The position numbers and the translations under genes were made by a program. The notes under the pieces were generated by a model. The model made no database searches. It had not been told where the DNA came from and was given only the letters and a program-made list of their open reading frames with translations. A stretch of 64,000 nucleotides of DNA from an uncultured Ignavibacteria bacterium (GTDB lineage Bacteria > Bacteroidota > Ignavibacteria > Kapaibacteriales > UBA2268), in NCBI GenBank assembly GCA_903862655.1, contig CAIOZA010000139.1, forward strand, positions 15,311 to 79,310. Direction: 5' to 3'. This document shows, piece by piece, positions 28,537 to 36,975 of this stretch (position 1 is the stretch's first letter; the number at the start of each line of letters is the position of its first letter).

Positions 28537-31155
28537 ATGAACATATTATCCATGTCATATTCGATATTTATTGGAGTAGTCCTTACTTCTCTAATTTTAT
28601 CAATTGTTTTATACATCAAAAAAATTGAAACCAAAGCCAATTTATCACAGATATTGATTTTTGCATTAACAATATTTTATTTCCTTATTGTAATTTCAAA
28701 ACAGAGTGTAGAGCAGGGAGAGTTGCATAATTATATTTTTTATATAAAAATGCAAAATTTTAGTGAATTACTAATTTACATGCTCTTAGTTTTTTATATC
28801 TCACAATTGACTAATCATAGAGTCTATTCAATATTTATATTAACTGAGATAGTATTACTTACTTTCATTATTATTAATTACTATTCGCCTTATGGTATAT
28901 ATATTTCACAAATAGAACATCTGCAAACTTTGGAACTGCCATGGGGCGAGAAGATAGTGACCATGATAACTCAGAAGAAAGATGTAAATTTTGTGTACTA
29001 TATAACCAGTCAGGTTTTAATATTTTACTATTTTATTAGAGCAATTACTTATGGCTTTAACCACGAAAAAAGAGATAATTCAATTTTTCTTATTAAATCA
29101 TTAGTCATTCCGGCATTTCTATTTTTATTTACCAATCTATTTTTTATGTTTTCCGCTAATGGGATTTCAATTTCAGTATTTTTGCTTGATTGTGGATATT
29201 TTATATTTTTTGCATCATTAGGTGCCAGAAATATCTCTGGTATATTCAAAACAAATGAAATCATATCTGCTCTCAAACAAAGCGAAATTAAATTCCGGAA
29301 TTTATTCGATTATTCAAATGACTCCATTCTAATAATAAATGAAAATTTCACAATTATTGATTGTAACATGCCTTGTCTGACACTTTTTTGCAGCTTACGA
29401 GGTGTTTTTGTAGGTTCACAGATCAGTAAATATGTTCCCGAATTACAGGAGGATGGAAATAATTGGAAAGACCTTATCGCCGATAAGTTTAGTCTTGCAT
29501 TCAAGGAACAACCGCAACAATTTGAATGTATATTCCAAACAGTCAATCATAACCTCTTTTATGCTGAGGTCAAATTAAATCGTTTAGCAATAGATGGTAT
29601 TCCATGTTTGCAAGCTATTATTGTAGATGTAACAAATCGGCATGATGCCGAACAGCAATTAAAAATGATTGAGAATAAGTTTAATATAATAACCAAATAC
29701 TCTAAGGATGTTATCTGGATTAGAGATTTGGATTTAAAGCTCGAATATATATCTCCAACATATTTTGATTTATTGGGATACACTCCAGAAGAAGCGTATG
29801 AATTAAGTCTTGATCATGTATTTACTCCAGAGAGCTACAAGAAGTTATTGTCATTTGTAGAGGAAGCCTGGAAAAACTTCACTAATGGAAATTCTGAATC
29901 AAATCATTTACGAACTCTTGAAACCCAGCAAATCAAGAAGGATGGAAGTTTAATTTGGACTGAGACATTATCAAGTTTAATTTACGATGGAAATAATAAT
30001 TTATCCGGCATTATTGGAGTAACAAGAGATATCACTGACAGAAAGAGAACCGATGAGCAGATAAGGGAAAAGAACATCGTTATTGAATCATCGATCACAG
30101 CTATTATCATTTGCGATATATCAGGAGCAATCAATTATTCTAATCATGCATTTGTGAAGATGCTTGGATTCAGTAATTCTGAAGATATAATCGGAAAGAA
30201 TATATTTGCATTCGCTGGCAATATGAGCAATGCAAATATTACGTTTGCCAGTTTAATAAAAAATGGATTCTACGATGGTGAATTAGAGATAGTAAAGCGT
30301 GACGGAACTCACTTCGTAGTTGATTTGCGGGCCAATTTATACGAAAATGAATTCAACGAACCTATCGCAATTATGTTTTCTTGCATTGATATAACCGACC
30401 GCAAAATCTGGGAAGAGACAATGAACGAGAAGAACATCGAGCTCGAAAGAACTAATGCAGAAAAGGATAAATTTTTCTCTATATTAGCTCATGATTTAAA
30501 AAGCCCTTTTAATGGTTTTCTTGGATTTACTAAAATGATGGCAGAAGAGACTGATGACTTTACAGGAGAGGAGCTCAAGGAAATTGCTGTAAAAATGCGG
30601 CATTCAGCGACTAACATCTACAAATTACTCGAGAATTTGCTCGATTGGTCGTTGGTACAGAGAAAAGCGATTAAATTTGACCCTGCAATAATTAATATAA
30701 GATTACTGGTAGAAGAAAATATTGAAATTATCAAACATTGGAGTACACAGAAGGAAGTCTCAATCAGTTTAATGGACTCCGAGAATATATATATATTTGC
30801 TGATACAAATATGATTAATACGGTAATAAGGAATTTTTTCTCCAATGCTGTAAAGTATTCATATCGTGGAGGTGAAATTAAAGTGAGTTTTAAGCCATCA
30901 GACGACAGAAGAATGGTTACTGTAGCCGTCAAGGATAATGGAATTGGAATGTCAAAAGAGAATTTAGTAAATTTATTCAGATTGGACATAAAATCATCAA
31001 CGTCAGGAACAGAGAACGAAGTCAGCACTGGGTTGGGATTGGTGGTCTGCAAGGAATTCATACAGAAGCATTTTGGAAAGATCTGGCTTGAGAGTCAACC
31101 TGGACTAGGAACAACGTCATATTTTACATTGCCAATATCGGAAGCTGAGAAATAA
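28537..31155 (+). CDS. sensor histidine kinase with a polytopic N-terminal membrane domain and three PAS domains (HK paralog 5)
   Basis: About 7 hydrophobic helices in the first 230 aa, PAS segments ending in DVTNRH / DITDRK / DITDRK, H-box FFSILAHDLKSPF, and the same kinase-core family as the four tandem HKs. Confidence 0.9.
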   Translation: MNILSMSYSIFIGVVLTSLILSIVLYIKKIETKANLSQILIFALTIFYFLIVISKQSVEQGELHNYIFYIKMQNFSELLIYMLLVFYISQLTNHRVYSIFILTEIVLLTFIIINYYSPYGIYISQIEHLQTLELPWGEKIVTMITQKKDVNFVYYITSQVLIFYYFIRAITYGFNHEKRDNSIFLIKSLVIPAFLFLFTNLFFMFSANGISISVFLLDCGYFIFFASLGARNISGIFKTNEIISALKQSEIKFRNLFDYSNDSILIINENFTIIDCNMPCLTLFCSLRGVFVGSQISKYVPELQEDGNNWKDLIADKFSLAFKEQPQQFECIFQTVNHNLFYAEVKLNRLAIDGIPCLQAIIVDVTNRHDAEQQLKMIENKFNIITKYSKDVIWIRDLDLKLEYISPTYFDLLGYTPEEAYELSLDHVFTPESYKKLLSFVEEAWKNFTNGNSESNHLRTLETQQIKKDGSLIWTETLSSLIYDGNNNLSGIIGVTRDITDRKRTDEQIREKNIVIESSITAIIICDISGAINYSNHAFVKMLGFSNSEDIIGKNIFAFAGNMSNANITFASLIKNGFYDGELEIVKRDGTHFVVDLRANLYENEFNEPIAIMFSCIDITDRKIWEETMNEKNIELERTNAEKDKFFSILAHDLKSPFNGFLGFTKMMAEETDDFTGEELKEIAVKMRHSATNIYKLLENLLDWSLVQRKAIKFDPAIINIRLLVEENIEIIKHWSTQKEVSISLMDSENIYIFADTNMINTVIRNFFSNAVKYSYRGGEIKVSFKPSDDRRMVTVAVKDNGIGMSKENLVNLFRLDIKSSTSGTENEVSTGLGLVVCKEFIQKHFGKIWLESQPGLGTTSYFTLPISEAEK

Positions 31156-31181
31156 TCCGATATTTGTTGGTAAAAAATTCA

Positions 31182-31216
31182 AAAGCCCTTGTAACTCTAA
31201 GAATTACAAGGGCTTT
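31182..31216. terminator. hairpin terminator between convergent HK5 (+) and the tRNA pair (-)
   Basis: 13-bp perfect stem aaagcccttgtaa / ttacaagggcttt. A T-run follows on the minus strand (rc of taaaaaatt) and TTT follows on the plus strand. Confidence 0.7.
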
Positions 31217-31230
31217 ATGCTTCCTCTTTG

Positions 31231-31315
31231 TACAGAAGGCGGGAGTCGAACCCGCACGGGTGTTGAGCCCACTGGATTTTGAGTCCAGCGCGTCTGCCAG
31301 TTCCGCCACTCCTGC
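31231..31315 (-). tRNA. tRNA-Leu (anticodon CAA), class II with a long variable arm
   Basis: Reverse complement reads gcaggagtggcggaactggcagacgcgctggaCTCAAAAtccag... with T arm gcggg-ttcgact-cccgc. Ends are accurate to within 1 nt. Confidence 0.85.
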
Positions 31316-31344
31316 TTGTGTCAAACTGATTATGTCAAATTTTG

Positions 31345-31419
31345 TAGGCGAGGAGAGGTTTGAACTCCCGACCCCCTGCTTGTAAGGCAGGTGCTCTATA
31401 CCAGCTGAGCTACTCGCCC
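31345..31419 (-). tRNA. tRNA-Val (anticodon UAC)
   Basis: Reverse complement reads gggcgagtagctcagctggtatagagcacctgcCTTACAAgcagggggtcgggagttcaaacctctcctcgccta. Confidence 0.85.
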
Positions 31420-31489
31420 TTTTTATCCTCAAAAGGGATTACAAAAATACGATTAATTTCCTTTATTTCAAAAATTATTTTTAATTAGT

Positions 31490-31738
31490 TCAATTCTTAA
31501 CTTGTTCGATCCTGTAAATCTCAGGTACTTTTGAGATAAGGTATCTTTCGATACCGGCACGAAGCGTCATTATTGATATTGGGCAGACAGCACAATTACC
31601 TGTCAACCTTACGTAAAGTATACCGGCATCGTCGTCAAAGCTCACAAATTCTACATCTCCATCGTCTTTTTGCAAATGAGGACGGATCTCGTCGAGAGCC
31701 TTTAATATTTTTTGTTCTATGATTTCAATATTATTCAT
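31490..31738 (-). CDS. NifU-like (Nfu C-terminal domain) Fe-S cluster protein
   Basis: LDEIRPHLQKDDGDVEFV...LTGNCAVCPISIMTL contains the CxxC motif typical of the NifU C-terminal domain. Confidence 0.85.
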   Translation of the reverse strand: MNNIEIIEQKILKALDEIRPHLQKDDGDVEFVSFDDDAGILYVRLTGNCAVCPISIMTLRAGIERYLISKVPEIYRIEQVKN

Positions 31739-31827
31739 ATTTTAATTTACGAAACTTGTGTAATTTTATGAATAAATTTTATTGAATTTTCAAAAAATCA
31801 TTAAAAAAGTAATTTTTGAGAATATAG

Positions 31828-32643
31828 ATGTTATTCAAAAAGAAGAATAAGATATCAGAAGTTGATAATATTGAGCAAAACCCAACCGAAGAGAAGGAAA
31901 TGGGTTTCTTCGATCACCTCGAAGAGTTTCGCAACAGGTTGATCTGGGCTTCTTTAAGTATTGTCGGTGGTTGCATAGTATCAGCTGTGTTCATACAGGA
32001 TATAATTTCGATCGTTCTGCTCAGGCCTGCTGTGATCTATGGTTTGAAGTTGCAGAACCTGAAGCCATTCGGTCAACCGATGCTTTATTTCAAAATTATA
32101 TTAATTGTTGGGATCATTGTAGCTTTCCCATTTATTCTGTATCAGTTATGGAGATTCATAGCACCGGGGCTATATATCAAAGAAAGAAGATGGGCAAGAC
32201 ATATTACTTTTTACACAACTCTTTGCTTTATGAGCGGTGTTGCGTTTTCTTATTTTGTGATGATACCATCGATGCTGAAATTTGCAGCTTCATTCGGTAG
32301 TAAGGATATTGTTAATAATATTGACGTTAATGAGTATCTTAGCTTTATCAGCATGATTGTGCTTGCTGCAGGATTATTATTTGAGATGCCTATGGTGGTG
32401 TTCGTGTTATCGAGGTTTGGAATGCTTACTCCAGGTTTTTTGCGAAAATACCGAAGACATTCCATTATTGTAATACTAATTCTTGCTGCTGTTATTACGC
32501 CTACACCTGATCCGGTGAGCCAATTAATTTTTGCTTCACCATTATTTGTTCTTTACGAAATTAGTATTTTAATATCAAAATTTGCGGCTAACAAACATCA
32601 ACGAGTTAAAGCAGAAGAAGCTGCAGAATTTGATGAGAAATAA
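31828..32643 (+). CDS. tatC: twin-arginine translocase subunit TatC
   Basis: FFDHLEEFRNRLIW and six hydrophobic helices over 271 aa. Confidence 0.9.
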   Translation: MLFKKKNKISEVDNIEQNPTEEKEMGFFDHLEEFRNRLIWASLSIVGGCIVSAVFIQDIISIVLLRPAVIYGLKLQNLKPFGQPMLYFKIILIVGIIVAFPFILYQLWRFIAPGLYIKERRWARHITFYTTLCFMSGVAFSYFVMIPSMLKFAASFGSKDIVNNIDVNEYLSFISMIVLAAGLLFEMPMVVFVLSRFGMLTPGFLRKYRRHSIIVILILAAVITPTPDPVSQLIFASPLFVLYEISILISKFAANKHQRVKAEEAAEFDEK

Positions 32644-32675
32644 ATTCAATTTAAAAATATACTAACAGGAAATAT

Positions 32676-33662
32676 ATGCAGGATTTTAACACTCAATATA
32701 ATTTTTATCTAAATCAGACTGAAATTCTGATGAACGAGCTTATCCCTTCATCAGGTATGGAAGATATCAATGAACCTTTCCGTTATATTATGTCTGGTGG
32801 AGGCAAGAAGATACGTCCGGTTCTGACATTGATGTGCTGCGGAGCCATGGGGTCGGATCCGATCAAAGCTCTACATGCAGCCTGCAGCATTGAAATTCTA
32901 CATAATTTTACCCTCGTTCATGATGATATAATGGACAAATCACCAATGCGCCGCGGGAAGCCTACAATTCACAATAAGTGGGACGAAGCAACAGCAATTC
33001 TCACTGGGGACATCATGGTAGGCTATGCTTACAAGGCTTTGGAGCATTATCATACTCACGAAAGATGCGGTGAAATCTATTCAACTCTCACAAGAGGGCT
33101 TATCGATGTCTGCGAAGGTCAGGTGATGGATATGAGATTCAATACTAACCGTAATGTTTCCATTTCGGATTATTTGATAATGATCGAAAAGAAGACTTCC
33201 AAGATTCTCGAAACATGCGCATTGATGGGAGGATTGGTAGGCTACGGTTCAGATTGGGATTTGAGCTTGCTGAGCAGTTATGCTATCAATCTGGGGCTTG
33301 CGTTCCAGATACAGGATGATGTGCTTGATCTGACTGCTGACGAGACTGAGTTTGGAAAGCATATCGGTCAGGATATCATAGAAGGCAAGAAGACATATCT
33401 GATACTCACAGCAAAAGAGCGAGTCAAGAGTGACTCCGACAGGGAATTGCTACGGAATTTCTTCTCTAATAATGGTCTGCCTGAGGAAGAAGTGCCCGCA
33501 ATGCGTGAGATGATGGTCAGACTGAATATCATTGATGAGGCAACTACTGTGGCTCAATCATACTTCGAAAAGGCAAAGGATATTATTGGGAAGCTTAACC
33601 TCAATACTCATGTGGAGATGTTGAAGATGCTAGCTGAAAGTTTGAATAAGAGGAGCAAGTAG
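32676..33662 (+). CDS. polyprenyl diphosphate synthase (short-chain, FPP/GGPP synthase type)
   Basis: First DDxxD motif LVHDDIMD and second motif FQIQDDVLD. Confidence 0.85.
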   Translation: MQDFNTQYNFYLNQTEILMNELIPSSGMEDINEPFRYIMSGGGKKIRPVLTLMCCGAMGSDPIKALHAACSIEILHNFTLVHDDIMDKSPMRRGKPTIHNKWDEATAILTGDIMVGYAYKALEHYHTHERCGEIYSTLTRGLIDVCEGQVMDMRFNTNRNVSISDYLIMIEKKTSKILETCALMGGLVGYGSDWDLSLLSSYAINLGLAFQIQDDVLDLTADETEFGKHIGQDIIEGKKTYLILTAKERVKSDSDRELLRNFFSNNGLPEEEVPAMREMMVRLNIIDEATTVAQSYFEKAKDIIGKLNLNTHVEMLKMLAESLNKRSK

Positions 33663-34044
33663 GTTTTAGTTCTTGATTCGAGAGACAGCTTTCAAAAAGT
33701 CTGCAATTCTACGAAAGTATAGTTTCATTAATTGCATCGTGTTTTTCGTTTGATCCCGTTAGGGATATGATATTGGTAGAATACATATTCAAACTGATAT
33801 TACATCGTAGATATTAGATATATAATCGCTACGCGATAAAATTTCTTTTTACCTATAATTGTGCTACCAATATTCAATCGCTACGCAATATTTTTGCATC
33901 GTTTTGCTTCCTTTCAATGAATATTTAGTTTTTTAAAATTATTTTAATCTCATTATTTTTTAATTAGATCATTTTTGAAATTGCACTTTATGCATTAATT
34001 GCATCGTATTTTTCATTTTTTCTAATTTTCTTCAAAAAGAATCC

Positions 34045-34150
34045 AATTACACAGAGAACCACAGAGTATTGAATTTCTCTGTGTAACTCTTGTATTCCTC
34101 GGTGCAACTCTGTGTAATTTCTAAAATATCTCAGAGAGATCCACTGAGAA
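34045..34150. repeat. intergenic repeat family R2 (CACAGAG element), copy 1
   Basis: Terminal inverted repeats aattacacagag (34045-34056) and ctctgtgtaatt (34108-34119), with an inner pair ccacagag / ctctgtg. About 85 percent identical to 62586-62695. Confidence 0.85.
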
Positions 34151-34436
34151 AAGCAATTGCAACGTGTTTTTTGAATTTCAAACCCTTATTCGTATTTGTC
34201 TGCATACATTAGTAAAGATCAGTACCACATTGAGTTTTGACCTTATTCGAATAAGCTAATAAGGTTTATGGTCAGTGGGGTTCTTCCTGCTTCTAAGGTT
34301 AAGCAAAAAAATAAAGTTTTAGTTATACAGAATTCTCCTCACCCTGACCCTCTCCAACAATTTGAGAGGGAATTAATGCAATTTGCGAAAATATTAGGAA
34401 TTTTTTCAAAGAAACGGTTTTAAAAGGAAATAAAAA

Positions 34437-35753
34437 TTATATTTTTATGAATTTACTGACTTTATCCCCAATCCTCACAAAAAACATACCCGGTGCCAAG
34501 CCGGAGACATCGATTCTTACTCCCTCTCCACTTGTGGATAGGGTTGGGGTGAGGTCGCAGTTCTGACCGAATACATTATATATCTTTATGCTGCTTTGTT
34601 CGGACACGGCACGCCGTGTCCCTACGGATATTTCTATGAAATCAGTGGCAGGATTCGGTGAAATATCTATTAAATTGTCACTTTTAAGTTTTTCTGGTAC
34701 CGAAGTAGTATTTATATTTGTAAACCGCCAAACACTTAGGTTAGGAGTACATGCTAATAGCTTATCCTTTGTAAGAGCTGTACACCAAATCCAATCCTGT
34801 GTATATCCTTGATAATCTTCATATTTATATAAATTTATCCAAGTTCGTCCTGTATCTTTCGACATATATGCTCTTGAAAATCCACCTGTTGTATATAATA
34901 CTCCATCTTTAAAATCTATTGACCAAAATCCTGAATAATTACTTGAATCAAATATAGCAAACCATGTTTTACCACCATCAGTAGTTTTATGTATTGTGGC
35001 ATCTCTTCTATTTTTGTGTGCTATTGTATCTGTATAGTAGTGATCAAAGCATGTAAATCCAACTGTATCATTAATGAATTTTAAATCAAATCCGGGTAAT
35101 CCTCCTTTTGAATATATATTCCATGTTTCTCCAAAATCATCTGATCGAATTGTATAATATTTAGATTTATTCCATATAAATGCAACTATGGAATTATTTG
35201 TAGGCATACATACATTAAAATCAAAGTAATAATTATTATCTAAACTATCTGGTAAAACTACCTTTTTCCAGGAAGACCAGCTATTTTTTGTCAAGAATAA
35301 TGATTTTTTTGTACCAATCACTCCAATTTCTGAATCAAACATATGAATGCGCTTTAAATTTTCGTCAGTAATGTGTGTTTTAATCCAATTTTCACCACCA
35401 TCGTTGGTTTTTAATACATTACCACTATCAATAGTTACAAAACAGTGCTTATTATCAGTATATGAAATGTGACGAGGAATTCTAGCAATAGCATCCTCAT
35501 ATATAATACCAGCACGATATTCCTGAAAACTTGGCATCCATGAATTACCTCCATCTGTAGTCTTTTTAATATATAAATCACTGCCATTAGCACCGAATAA
35601 CATGCAGTTCAATGAATCTGCTGCAGAAATACCATAATACCAGTTCGCTGTACTTTCTCTCTCAAGCACTTGCTCCCATTTACCTATTTTTTCTGAATAT
35701 GTTGTTGAAATAATTAACAAGTGAATTTGTATAATCATTAATAATTTTTTCAT
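34437..35753 (-). CDS. secreted BNR/Asp-box repeat protein with T9SS C-terminal sorting domain (BNR-A)
   Basis: Signal peptide. Asp-box motifs TTDGGNSW, TNDGGENW, SDDFGETW, TTDGGKTW and SKDTGRTW. The C-terminus ISPNPATDFIEISV...GMFFVRIGDKVSKFIKI is typical of Por_Secre_tail CTDs. Confidence 0.8.
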   Translation of the reverse strand: MKKLLMIIQIHLLIISTTYSEKIGKWEQVLERESTANWYYGISAADSLNCMLFGANGSDLYIKKTTDGGNSWMPSFQEYRAGIIYEDAIARIPRHISYTDNKHCFVTIDSGNVLKTNDGGENWIKTHITDENLKRIHMFDSEIGVIGTKKSLFLTKNSWSSWKKVVLPDSLDNNYYFDFNVCMPTNNSIVAFIWNKSKYYTIRSDDFGETWNIYSKGGLPGFDLKFINDTVGFTCFDHYYTDTIAHKNRRDATIHKTTDGGKTWFAIFDSSNYSGFWSIDFKDGVLYTTGGFSRAYMSKDTGRTWINLYKYEDYQGYTQDWIWCTALTKDKLLACTPNLSVWRFTNINTTSVPEKLKSDNLIDISPNPATDFIEISVGTRRAVSEQSSIKIYNVFGQNCDLTPTLSTSGEGVRIDVSGLAPGMFFVRIGDKVSKFIKI

Positions 35754-35772
35754 AATGTTGTCCTAATCGGAT

Positions 35773-35803
35773 TAAAAAAGGAGTCATTCAAAGCAAATGA
35801 CCC
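35773..35803 (-). terminator. Rho-independent terminator after the Cys-rich gene A
   Basis: Minus strand reads aaggggtcatt-tgctttg-aatgactcc followed by TTTTTT. The stem has one mismatch. Confidence 0.65.
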
Positions 35804-35813
35804 CTTAGATTTG

Positions 35814-36731
35814 TTAATGAATTATAATAAATTTGCCATCAGCAACTTTTTCAAGTCCAAGGAAAATGGAATAAAAATAAATTCCGTTTGGAAATACATT
35901 TGTATTTACACTAAATTTCGATTCTAAATTTTCAATAGACATTGTTTGTGAATTAATTTCAATCCCTTTCGAATCAAATATTTTCAAATTCAGATTTCCA
36001 TTGATTTTATTAACTAAACCAATGTCTATTGTGCTGTTTGCCGGGTTCGGAGAAGTAAATGAATTATTTTGAAATTGAGTATTGATTAAACTCTGTTCTT
36101 CTTCAAGATTTGCTGATTTTGCTAATACACCTACTTGTGGCAACCAATCACAAACATATAAGCATGCATTTCCACCTTCAGGAACACAGTCAACATAATT
36201 AGATGAGTTTGAAGCATAAACAATCACAAATTCTCCATTTTGATTGCAGATTTTATAATTTATTGTACAACAATTATCCGTGTTACACCAACTCATTACC
36301 CATGGTGCAGAAATGCCTGCCGTCCATTTCCAACAAGAAACATTAACTACTTCAATTCCATCAATGCAATCGCCATTATTTGCAGGAACTGCAATAGTAT
36401 TATATTTTAACATAATACCAATTGCTTTCTGGAATAAAACACCATCCGAAAAACAGAGTTTACATTGATTAGAAACTGTGAAAGATACCATTTGCAGTTG
36501 TTTCACTGTCGGATTAAAACAAGTTAATTCCCTTTCGCAAAATGTAACAGTCATAGAGCATCCATTGCAACCATTAATAATAGTTGTTATTGTGATATAA
36601 TTCCACCCATTGTTTAAAGGAACAGGAGGTGGACAAGGCCAGGATGAATTGCAGGGAGGTAAAGCAGATAACGAACTAAAAGATAAAGTTAAAAAACTTA
36701 TCATAATTATTAAATTAATTATTTTTTTCAT
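35814..36731 (-). CDS. Cys-rich secreted protein with T9SS C-terminal sorting domain (Cys-A)
   Basis: Start chosen at MKKIINLIIMISFLTLSFSSLSA (signal peptide). More than 20 Cys in the mature part (CNGCSMTVTFCERELTC, SCWKW, CCTINYKIC). CTD is SPNPANSTIDIGL...GIYFYSIFLG...KFIIIH. No recognised family. Confidence 0.7.
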   Translation of the reverse strand: MKKIINLIIMISFLTLSFSSLSALPPCNSSWPCPPPVPLNNGWNYITITTIINGCNGCSMTVTFCERELTCFNPTVKQLQMVSFTVSNQCKLCFSDGVLFQKAIGIMLKYNTIAVPANNGDCIDGIEVVNVSCWKWTAGISAPWVMSWCNTDNCCTINYKICNQNGEFVIVYASNSSNYVDCVPEGGNACLYVCDWLPQVGVLAKSANLEEEQSLINTQFQNNSFTSPNPANSTIDIGLVNKINGNLNLKIFDSKGIEINSQTMSIENLESKFSVNTNVFPNGIYFYSIFLGLEKVADGKFIIIH

Positions 36732-36975
36732 GATGTTTTTATTTGAATTATTGATAAATAGTAAATTAATGGTTAAATTTGTGCTGATAAACTGTTCCTT
36801 TTTAAACACGAGTTGCAGTTTATCTGTGTGAGTGGAGTCGGTGGGGGCATTAATTCTGTCGGCTCTACTTCTTAATTATGCCCCAATTACACAATGGTGT
36901 TCATAACATCTCCAAAAAGATATATTTGTTTTCAGGAAATTCTATGCGTTAATGATTAGAATTCCCCCTTTGATT
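36732..36975 (-). promoter_or_regulatory. conserved 5' leader / upstream region, copy A (shared with 56108-56350)
   Basis: Near base-for-base alignment with the region upstream of Cys-B. Contains mini-ORF ATGAACACCATTGTGTAA (36887-36904) preceded by GGAG, a 7-bp stem ggggcau/augcccc (36844-36884) and a 9-bp stem gauaaacug/caguuuauc (36786-36824). Confidence 0.6.

Noticed and set aside
31124-31432. 102-aa minus-strand ORF and 73-aa plus-strand ORF.
   Set aside because: They span tRNA-Leu and tRNA-Val and the terminator hairpin. They are translations of structural RNA genes.
36732-36809. N-terminal extensions of track ORFs: MFKKEQFISTN... for Cys-A and MNSLSATNLIH... for Cys-B. Similar extensions occur at 14003, 37420-38448, 39477, 41698, 47323-48282 and 51443.
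   Set aside because: The extensions start at GTG or TTG, precede obvious signal peptides or conserved N-termini, or overlap upstream genes. For Cys-A and Cys-B they also run into the conserved non-coding leader, so I preferred the internal ATG starts.
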